A stretch of DNA of 40,665 nucleotides, taken from positions 1 to 40,665 of the forward strand of contig CYKH01000567.1 of NCBI GenBank assembly GCA_001460835.1. Reading direction: 5' to 3'. This DNA comes from Bodo saltans (taxonomy: Eukaryota). Under the pieces are notes generated by a model. The model saw only the letters and a program-made list of their open reading frames with translations. It did not search any database and had not been told where the DNA came from. This document shows, piece by piece, positions 9,130 to 17,326 of this stretch (position 1 is its first letter; each line of letters starts with the position of its first letter). A program made the translations under genes and the position numbers.

Positions 9130-11022
9130 ATGGCAATGCAACGTGCGCTGATGAATACGACCTACCTTCAGACGAAGGTAGGGGAGATTCACGCACTTCA
9201 TAATAAAACAGTTGAGGACTACGGAGAACTTGTCATCTCACTAAACAAAGAATGTGACATCTTCTGCGAAATTATTCCCTCGTACAAAATTTCTGGTTCA
9301 CTGCAAGAGGGTGGTGACTCTGCTGAGGGAGGTGCTGGTGTCCGCAAGAAGAAGGAAGTCTTCAATGTCGAGCGTCTGGAATACGAATTGCTGAAGCAAT
9401 ATGAGCACTTTTTGCAGCTTCTCCGAAAGTTGTACCGCAAGAAGCACCCAGAACAGCAAGCTCTAGGCAGTCGCATGGTCGCAAAGCTGGTGACAGGTTC
9501 ATCTGCCCCAGAATTTAATCACAACGACATCCTTCTCGGCCTTGCGGTGGAGTTTGCCAATTGCAAGAGCACGCGTGTTGCTCAGCCATGCATGTCCGCT
9601 CTATCTGAGCTGCTTGACGGGCAGATGATCGGCGATGCAACGGACCATGTAGTCTCAAAGATTCTCGATATTGTGCGAAACCAGCACTACGCAATGAACC
9701 CCAAGATTCTCAACGCGTTTCTGCACATCCGTGTCGCGATGGTTGACATGCATCGCAGAGATCTCACCGAGGAAAGGGCAAAGAACAAGCGTCTGAAGAA
9801 GGAAGACAAGGAGCTGGCACGGCAAATGCAGAAGTCGAAGGCCCGTCGTGATCGTAGCGAACTTGCTGCGAAGCAAACACGAATCCTTCATAAGTTGTTC
9901 ATTGTGTACCTTCGCGTCCTCAAAGCGTCCCAGTCCTGCTCACGTGCACATCAAACAAAGATCCTTGCACCAGCACTGGAAGGCCTCGTGAAATTTGCCC
10001 CGCTTGTCAACTTGGAGCTTCATCAACAATTAATGGTGGCCCTCCGTGATGTTCTTGACGACGAGAATGCCTCTGTGACGACCAAGCTGCATGCTCTCGT
10101 GGCAGTGTCGTCGTTGGCTCAGAAGGATGCAATGTTGGAGGCCAGCCAGTGGCGCGTGGACCTCTCACACTTCCATGAAGTGCTGTTCCGCTGCATCCCT
10201 GAGGCACTTGAGGCCCCAAGCAACGACGATGAACGTAAACCAGTGACCGAGGAAGAAGGCGACGTGGATGATGCGGCATCACAAGGTTCTACCTCATCAG
10301 CAGGCTCTCTCTCGTCCCAGGCCTTCTCCATCGCCGCGTCCATGGCCCAGGCAAACTTTGTCAAAGCCAACGCTGCTCGTGAGTGGACGTACCGCGTGGG
10401 CCTCGTGCTGCGCACCGTCGATTTGCTGGTCTTGAGCCAAAAGCATCTTCCCCTTACCCGTGTGACTGCTTTTGTCAGGCGGCTCATGCAATGCACTGCG
10501 TCATGCCCTCCTCATATCGCTATGTCAATTTTGTCCCTTTGCCACCGCCTAGGTCTTCGTTACCCTAACGCAACCAGCGTCATGGTGGGCGGCAGCGATA
10601 ACGTCATTGGGGGCCGAGGAACCTATAACCCCGATGCGGAGGAGACAAGCGGCTCGCATGCTGAGTGCAGCTTCTCGTGGGAGATTAACATTCACCGACG
10701 CTCCTATCACCCAACGTTGCGAAGCATTTCCGAGACATTTGTGGCGCACTATCATCGCTTGGCGAAATTTGTCCCCGGGCAGCCGCCTGTCATCTCCAAG
10801 GCCCTCGATGCACTTGGCCCCTATGAAGTCCTTGACAACTACAACCCCGCCTTGGGTGATATCAAGCCAGAGGCGCCGCTACCTGGTGCCCTGAGGAAGG
10901 GCCGCAATGCAAACAACAAGCGTGATCGCGAGGATGGTGAGGACGAGAAGGAAAAACCAGCGGTCACAGAGAAGAAACCTGCAGGAGGCAATGACAAAAA
11001 GAAAGACTTCAGAAAAAAGTAA
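9130..11022 (+). CDS. Conserved hypothetical helical-repeat (HEAT/ARM-like) protein with a lysine-rich NLS-like C-terminal tail; possibly a nucleolar pre-ribosomal factor (NOC3/CBF-domain-like), family assignment uncertain
   Basis: The ATG at 9130 opens MAMQRAL. The frame is 1.9 kb. The C-terminus RKGRNANNKRDREDGEDEKEKPAVTEKKPAGGNDKKKDFRKK is typical of nucleolar proteins. An internal basic coiled region (KNKRLKKEDKELARQMQKSKARRDR) separates two helical blocks. The NOC3/CBF resemblance is by eye only. Confidence 0.45.
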   Translation: MAMQRALMNTTYLQTKVGEIHALHNKTVEDYGELVISLNKECDIFCEIIPSYKISGSLQEGGDSAEGGAGVRKKKEVFNVERLEYELLKQYEHFLQLLRKLYRKKHPEQQALGSRMVAKLVTGSSAPEFNHNDILLGLAVEFANCKSTRVAQPCMSALSELLDGQMIGDATDHVVSKILDIVRNQHYAMNPKILNAFLHIRVAMVDMHRRDLTEERAKNKRLKKEDKELARQMQKSKARRDRSELAAKQTRILHKLFIVYLRVLKASQSCSRAHQTKILAPALEGLVKFAPLVNLELHQQLMVALRDVLDDENASVTTKLHALVAVSSLAQKDAMLEASQWRVDLSHFHEVLFRCIPEALEAPSNDDERKPVTEEEGDVDDAASQGSTSSAGSLSSQAFSIAASMAQANFVKANAAREWTYRVGLVLRTVDLLVLSQKHLPLTRVTAFVRRLMQCTASCPPHIAMSILSLCHRLGLRYPNATSVMVGGSDNVIGGRGTYNPDAEETSGSHAECSFSWEINIHRRSYHPTLRSISETFVAHYHRLAKFVPGQPPVISKALDALGPYEVLDNYNPALGDIKPEAPLPGALRKGRNANNKRDREDGEDEKEKPAVTEKKPAGGNDKKKDFRKK

Positions 11023-11303
11023 GCGAATACGGGAGAGGACGATTAAGGCGACGAGCTGAAGCGGGGTACCTTGCCCCCTCTTAAGCTCCAGAAGAGTTTT
11101 AAAGATTACACACGATACGCTTTAACACGTGTAACACCCAAAAAAAAAAATCAAAATCAAAATTTGAGCATTGCAACATTTTGCCAAATTGACCTTCCCC
11201 ACATCTGACTTTGTGTCTCAATATTAAGTCTCGAATCATATCGCACACACTTTCGTTTGAAGTGGAAAAGAACAATCAGAATACGTTATCTATCGCACCA
11301 CCA

Positions 11304-13871
11304 ATGACTGACACAGTTCTGCGACTTCGTCATTCTGAGTATGTGCACATCAATGACAACAACACCAACGCTATCACACTCCACTGCGGCCCTGCAAAGA
11401 TTACGTTGCAGTCACATCAGACAGCAGTCCAACGAGCCCCCGCCGCGTTTGAACTTGTCGACCTTCGCGGGTACACTGTGATCGAGAACCCAGTGGCTCG
11501 TGATGGTGCTGGTGATGTCATTGTAGGACCAAATGGACAGGCGAAGAACAAACTAGGAGAGCGTGAGATTCGATTCTTCCAACAGCCCTTCCCCCTGTAC
11601 CCTCTTGAGACGGTTGTCATTCGCAATGAACCATTGCCACTTCTCACCTCTACCCAATCACTGGTCCTCCGTGCCATCACCTCTTTTGACGCGTACAAAG
11701 CTGGGGATGAGTTTCTCTTTCAAGGCCCCGGAACATACATTCCTCGTGTCGAGGTAGAAGTCGTGGAAAAGCGCGACGCCATCATTGTTCTATTCAACCA
11801 AAGCCTCCGCCTTCGTGCAAAGAACAAGTTTGTTGATCGCACCGGTACGGTGCGTCAAGTTGGCGAGGAGTACTTGTGGAATTCCCCTGGTGCCTTCATG
11901 CTCGGTGTGAATGAGACGCTTCAAGCTGTCGTTGCAACGACCGTCATCGGAGCAGAGAATGCACTCCACGTCTTAGTGAGCAAAGGGTACACCGACAAGC
12001 GAAGCTGGGCAAACGGCGTTGAGCGACGTGCTGGTGAAGTGTACCTCGTCACCGCCGCAATGACGAGTGAGTTCGTTGCTGAGCCGCAGGAGAAGGTGAT
12101 CAAGACGGTTCCATTGATCAAAGTCAATTCTCTTCAGTTTGCTGTGATTCACGACCCTGTCGGTCCTAACGGGAAGCCTCAACTTGGCCGCCGAAAGGTG
12201 GTGACCGATACCACGTTCTTCTTGCAGCCTGGCGAGACCCTTGACCCCGCCGGCATTGTTGACGCGTACGTCCTTGGTGAGGACGAAGCTGTTCTTGTCA
12301 AAGCCGTGGAGGAATTCACCGACACTGAAGTGACGCCCGCTGTGAAGCGTGTGAGCGGTGAGCAATGGCTCCTTCGAGGCCCTCGGAACTACATCCCCAC
12401 CGGATCTGTCCGTGTTGCCCCTGGTGCCGATGGGACTGGCAAACGCCGCCGCCTTATCCTTGGCCCTGGAGAGGGTGTCTACGTTCGTAATATCCTATCG
12501 GGTGATGTGCGTGCTGTCGTTGGTGTCTCATACATGCTTGAGGCATACGAAGAGCTTTGGAGCAAGGAACTGTCACCCATTGTTGAGGAGAAACTCAGCC
12601 GCCAACTCAACGCTCATGCGGCGTACATGGACGGCAACATTGTTGGAGGTGCTGCTCGAGATAAAACTCGCCTCGTCAACTACCACATCCCCCACAACAG
12701 CGTCACGCAGGTGTTCGACTACAAAGTTCGCACTCGACGCACTATCTTTGGCCCGGATAAGGTGACGCTTGGCCCAGATGAGGAGTTTACTGTGTTGAAT
12801 TTATCAGGCTCCGACTGGGATCCCCAACAACCCAACGTCTGCCAACCCAAGCAAACAGATAAGATCAAAGCTCTCTACTTGTTCCTCGGCCCATCGAACT
12901 TATCTGACGTTGTCAAGGTCGAGACCCGCGATCACGCTCGACTCTCGCTGCAGCTATCCTACGATTGGTACTTTGATGTTGAGGAGCGCAACATTGCCCA
13001 AGCCGATGAGTGCTTCAACGTCCCCGACTTTGTGGGTGACTGCTGCTCGTGCATTGCCAGCCGTGTTCGAGCCACCATCGCCAGTGTCTCGTTCGAGTAC
13101 TTCCACAAGAACAGCGCAAGCATCTTGAGGAGTGCTGTGTTTGGCAATGATGACAACGGTCAGCCTAAGGCGGAGCTTCGCTTTCCCTCCAACCGGCTGG
13201 TGGTCACGTCTATCGATATCCAGGAGATTGTTGTGATTGACGACAAAACGCGAGAAGCACTGAAGCAGTCTGTTAAGGTGGCAATTGAGATCACCACTCA
13301 GGGTCAGGAGGCAACCGCCCGTCAAGAGGCCAGCGTCCGAGAGCAGACGGCTCGCGGAAAGTTAGAACGCCAACAAATTCAGGACAAATCTAGCTCAGAG
13401 GTGCAACGCAAGAAGCTCATCGAAGCCGAAACGCAGTGTGCTTCCATTGCCTCTACCGGCCGCGCAAAGGCTGAGGCTCGTGCCAGAGCTGTTGCCGCTA
13501 CTATTGACGGCGATCTGAGCGTGCAACTTGCCCGCATTCACGCTGCCAAGGATGAGGTTATGGATATTGCCCAACTTGAGCAGAAGCAGCGCAAGACCGC
13601 TGATGAACTTCAATTCCTAGGAGAGAAGAATGAATTGGAGATTGCCCAAAAGGACGCGGTGGCAAAACTCGAGTCCTCCAAGTTTGGCCGTGTGATGGAT
13701 GCTGTTGGCAAAGACACCGTTCAGCAAATCGCCAAAGCTGGGCCAGAGATGCAAGCCAAGATTCTTGGAGCGTTGGGTCTCCAAGGATATTTGGTCACCG
13801 ATGGAACAAACCCCATCAATTTATTCAACACTGCGAAGGGGCTGACTGCTGCGGCAACAGCGCCAAACTGA
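11304..13871 (+). CDS. MVP: Major vault protein (MVP), full length
   Basis: The translation matches my recollection of human MVP along its whole length. Examples: [17 protein letters not shown] vs [32 protein letters not shown] vs [38 protein letters not shown] vs [49 protein letters not shown] vs [33 protein letters not shown]; C-terminal [36 protein letters not shown] vs [36 protein letters not shown]. The ORF track over-extends 31 codons upstream, and the conserved N-terminus begins at ATG 11304. Confidence 0.92.
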   Translation: [855 protein letters not shown]

Positions 13872-14146
13872 GAGGAGCTCTCAACTCTCGCACAACAATT
13901 TCGCACGCAAGAGAACCACAAACACAAAACACAACAAACAAAAAAAACGTACAAAAAACACTTCAGCGACTTGCCAAATCAACGAACAGCGGAAAATGCA
14001 CGACGAATATCACCATTGGACCAAATTGTTTCGAGCACAGGAAAAGCACCTTACTTTTTTTTTGATTTTATCACTATCAGTAGTAAGGAATAGTAGTGTA
14101 ACAAGGGTTACGTTTTATTGTTGATAAACATTGGAAAAAGCAACAC

Positions 14147-15445
14147 ATGATGCGCTCGACAAAATCACTTCTTGCCACACGTACCAGCTTGTACGCCAAG
14201 GGTACGATGAGAGGTGGTATCCCACGTATCTACTACGGATGGATGAAGCCGGGCAGCTTCACTCGGCGACGCTTCGAAAAGATGAGAAACCCCTTTGTTG
14301 ACTTGGAAACGGGCTCGTCTTTGTACTTCCGCGACACTCGCGACTCTGCGGCGGCTATCGCTCACGAGAATGATAGCAAGGGTATGAAAGGTATGGACAA
14401 CAGCATCGATCTCTACAACGAGTACAAGATTGTGCCGGACTTGTACCCTGAGGGCTTCCAGTGGAAACACAAATTGAATTCTGAGTACAATCAGTGGCGC
14501 TCCAACACGTGGGTCACACCGGAACTGATTCCGATTGAGCACAGAGGGCGATTCCTGTGCAACTTCCAGCTTAACATCTCAGCGTACGACATGCGTGTCG
14601 TGAAGTTTAGCCCCACGGACCACAGGCAGTGGATCTTCTGCGTGCTGTACGTAGGCACCGGGAAGGGACTTGCTGGTTGGGGTCGAGCGGTTGCACCCAG
14701 CACTGCAGAAGCCAAGAAAGAAGCTATCAAACAAGCGTTTAGCAACATTATCGGTGTCGACTTGGAGCAAGAGGGCCCGATGTACCCTGTGCGTATCAAC
14801 GCCGATGGTGTTCGTGTGATTCTGTACCCCTCAAAGAGACTTGTGGCAAATTTCAGAGTTGCTGATATTCTTTGCGCTTTTGGCTTGCAGCATGTAGGTA
14901 CCCGGTTGAACATGCGACACAGCAACACCCCCCGCTCCCCCGTCCACACCGTTGAGGCAGTATTCGAGGTCGTTCGGGCTATGCGCAGCGTGAACGAACT
15001 TGCGGCGGCTCGAGGAAAGGTTCCCCATTCGTTGATCCATAACATCTACCCATACCTTGAGGAGGTGCGCAGAAGGCGCGGTATGATGGCCATGCACCCC
15101 CCTGGCAAGGACGGCATCTTCATGCCCGATCGTGTGGTGGACAATCGTATGCCCGACCACCTAAAGAAGGGATACTACGATGATATGTACTGGAAGGACT
15201 TCTTCGCGGGGAGCAAAGAGCAGCTCAATGAACCCAAGATGGGCCTCCGTGGCGATGAAATGCGGCAAAATTTGGAAAGCCGTTTGGGCGTCGTCCGCCG
15301 TGGCCAAACAAACCGCAGAACACTTTCAGACGTTCTCAAGAAGATGAACAAGACCAGCAAGGACCTAGGTGCGATTCAGATCGTCAACACACGTCTCGAT
15401 AGCAAGCTACCTACACACATGAAGAGGAATTACGTGCTTCACTAG
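14147..15445 (+). CDS. Ribosomal protein uS5-domain protein with an N-terminal presequence-like extension; candidate mitochondrial ribosomal protein S5
   Basis: The ATG is at 14147. The N-terminus MMRSTKSLLATRTSLYAKGTMRGG is basic and hydroxylated, lacks acidic residues, and resembles a mitochondrial targeting signal. The central region VLYVGTGKGLAGWGRAVAPSTAEAKKEAIKQAFSNIIGV...HSNTPRSPVHTVEAVFEVVRAM follows the bacterial S5 pattern (VVGDGNGRVGFGYGKA...AIQKAMEKARRNMI...GSTNPINVVRAT). Confidence 0.55.
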   Translation: MMRSTKSLLATRTSLYAKGTMRGGIPRIYYGWMKPGSFTRRRFEKMRNPFVDLETGSSLYFRDTRDSAAAIAHENDSKGMKGMDNSIDLYNEYKIVPDLYPEGFQWKHKLNSEYNQWRSNTWVTPELIPIEHRGRFLCNFQLNISAYDMRVVKFSPTDHRQWIFCVLYVGTGKGLAGWGRAVAPSTAEAKKEAIKQAFSNIIGVDLEQEGPMYPVRINADGVRVILYPSKRLVANFRVADILCAFGLQHVGTRLNMRHSNTPRSPVHTVEAVFEVVRAMRSVNELAAARGKVPHSLIHNIYPYLEEVRRRRGMMAMHPPGKDGIFMPDRVVDNRMPDHLKKGYYDDMYWKDFFAGSKEQLNEPKMGLRGDEMRQNLESRLGVVRRGQTNRRTLSDVLKKMNKTSKDLGAIQIVNTRLDSKLPTHMKRNYVLH

Positions 15446-15589
15446 TTTGTGGGAAGATGTGGTAAGATGATTGCAAAAGACATCAAAAAAAAAAAGCAAC
15501 GCAGAGTGCTTAGATGTGCCTGGGATCTTGGTATGCGTCTCATAAAATAGGATCGATAATTTTTTTTTGTTCTCACGAATAAAGTAGTA

Positions 15590-17170
15590 ATGTCAGCTGT
15601 AGCGAAGAAGAAGTTGGCTAAGAAGTCCACTGGTGAAGCCGTCGCTCCTAAGAGAGAGAAGAAGGCAGCAGTCGTTGCCGCCGCACCAGTCGACGACGAA
15701 CCCCGCGAGGCCAACCCAGACCTTCTCGACAACGAAGAGGCAAAAGAGCAATCATTCGAAGGAATTGGCCTTTGCAAGGAGTTAGCCCAAGCTTGTCGTG
15801 ATGCTGGGTGGCGCTACCCCACTCGTATTCAAGCCGCTACTGTTCCTGTCGTGGCAGAGGGCAGAGATATCATCGGTGTCGCGCAGACCGGCAGCGGCAA
15901 GACTGGTGCGTATGTGCTTCCAATGGTCAACTGGCTTCTCCTCGAACCCAAGACCCCTTACCTCTCCGTTATGGTGTTAGTGCCCACTCGTGAGCTTGCT
16001 CAGCAAGTTCGCGATCAATTCGTCATGCTGGGCCAAAGTGTCGGCCTTCGCGTCGCACTTCTCGTCGGTGGCATGGATATGGTTGACCAGGCATGTGAGC
16101 TGAGCAAGCGCCCGCACGTGATTGTGGGTACTCCTGGGCGTATTAAGGACCACTTGTCGAACACTAAGGGGTTCCGGTTGGTGAAGCTGCATGCCATTGT
16201 TCTCGACGAGGCTGACAAGATGCTTGATATGGACTACGAGAAAGAGATTGATGCTATTTTAGAGCACCTTCCGATGGAACGCCAGAGTCTTCTTTTCAGT
16301 GCTACGCTAAGCACGAAGATAGATCGACTTCAGAAGGCTTGCCTCCGTGATCCAGTGATGCTCGCTGTCCACCGGAACAACTCTACGGTGGAACAACTCA
16401 AGCAGTACTATTTATTTGCACCCTTCAGCCAGATGCTACCAAATCTGCATTGGTACTTGACCAAAGAGACGGGGAATCATATTCTCATCTTCTGTCAGTC
16501 TGGTGCTTTAGTTCACAAGATCACGCTCACACTCCGTTACCTTGGTCATCGGGCTCTGCCGCTGATGGGCCGCATGACTCAGGAGAACCGTAATGCAGCG
16601 TTGGCCAAGTTCAAAGACGGACACGTTCGTATTCTTGTGTGCACGGATCTCGCACAGCGCGGTCTTGATATCCCTCACACCGACGTCGTTGTGAATTATG
16701 CACTGCCGCTGGGCATCAAAGACTACATTCACCGTGTGGGTCGTACGGCTCGTGCTGGGGCACACGGAAAAGCGGTCAACCTCATCAGTCAGTACGACGT
16801 TGTTCAGCTGCAAGCGATCGAGAAAACCACAGGCGTTCAGTGCGAGGAGTGGCCAGTTGCTGAGGGAGATATTCAATCCATTCTTCAACGCGTCGAGGAT
16901 GCGGAACAAGAGGCCAACCGTGAAATCAGAGAGAATGAATCATCTGAGAAGCTGGAGAAGGAAGAGCGCATCTTGACACAACCTAAGGTCGGCAAGAGAA
17001 CCCGCTCGAATGCCGATGTGGGCAATGATGATGCCAAGCACGGAGCTGGGGACTTCTCGATGATTCGTGAGCGCCGAAATAACGAGGAAGTGTTCAACAT
17101 GACCCGCAAGCAGCAATTTAAGAGCCTCTGGGCCAAAAGGAGAGAGTCCCGCAGCGCGGGTAAGAAGTAA
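15590..17170 (+). CDS. DEAD-box ATP-dependent RNA helicase, DDX47/Rrp3 ortholog (18S rRNA processing)
   Basis: All helicase motifs are present: Q motif (FEGIGL...PTRIQ), I AQTGSGKT, Ia PTRELAQQ, Ib TPGR, II DEAD (VLDEADKMLD), III SAT, V ARGLDIP-type (QRGLDIP), VI HRVGRTARAG. A long collinear match to remembered human DDX47 (TPGRIKDHLSNTKGFRLVKLHAIVLDEADKMLDMDYEKEIDAIL vs [45 protein letters not shown]). The C-terminal tail is basic. Confidence 0.88.
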   Translation: MSAVAKKKLAKKSTGEAVAPKREKKAAVVAAAPVDDEPREANPDLLDNEEAKEQSFEGIGLCKELAQACRDAGWRYPTRIQAATVPVVAEGRDIIGVAQTGSGKTGAYVLPMVNWLLLEPKTPYLSVMVLVPTRELAQQVRDQFVMLGQSVGLRVALLVGGMDMVDQACELSKRPHVIVGTPGRIKDHLSNTKGFRLVKLHAIVLDEADKMLDMDYEKEIDAILEHLPMERQSLLFSATLSTKIDRLQKACLRDPVMLAVHRNNSTVEQLKQYYLFAPFSQMLPNLHWYLTKETGNHILIFCQSGALVHKITLTLRYLGHRALPLMGRMTQENRNAALAKFKDGHVRILVCTDLAQRGLDIPHTDVVVNYALPLGIKDYIHRVGRTARAGAHGKAVNLISQYDVVQLQAIEKTTGVQCEEWPVAEGDIQSILQRVEDAEQEANREIRENESSEKLEKEERILTQPKVGKRTRSNADVGNDDAKHGAGDFSMIRERRNNEEVFNMTRKQQFKSLWAKRRESRSAGKK

Positions 17171-17215
17171 GAAATCACACACAGTATTTACGGTTAACCA
17201 TCGCCCTTTGTTGAG

Positions 17216-17286
17216 TTTTTTTTTGATTCCCAACTTTCCGTTTTGCTCTGTGACCAAACGCTGGATGCCCAATGTATCCCATTTAG
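17216..17286 (+). promoter_or_regulatory. Polypyrimidine tract (T9 gattcccaactttccgttttgctctg) and AG; candidate trans-splice acceptor for the DDX18-like gene
   Basis: Read directly; AG at 17285-17286, 41 nt upstream of ATG 17327. Confidence 0.45.
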
Positions 17287-17326
17287 AAAAAAGAAAATCT
17301 TTGTTTGACGTGACGATCAAGTAAGA

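Noticed and set aside
8814-9203. A 129-aa plus-strand ORF bridging the spacer between the small Cys-rich gene and the NOC3-like gene. It contains ATGATGA and TGATGA strings that superficially resemble snoRNA C boxes.
   Set aside because: It overlaps the 3' end of the 8396-8908 CDS and the 5' end of the 9130 gene in another frame. I found no convincing D box (CTGA) with terminal stem pairing and no tandem-repeat organisation typical of kinetoplastid snoRNA clusters. It is most likely UTR sequence.
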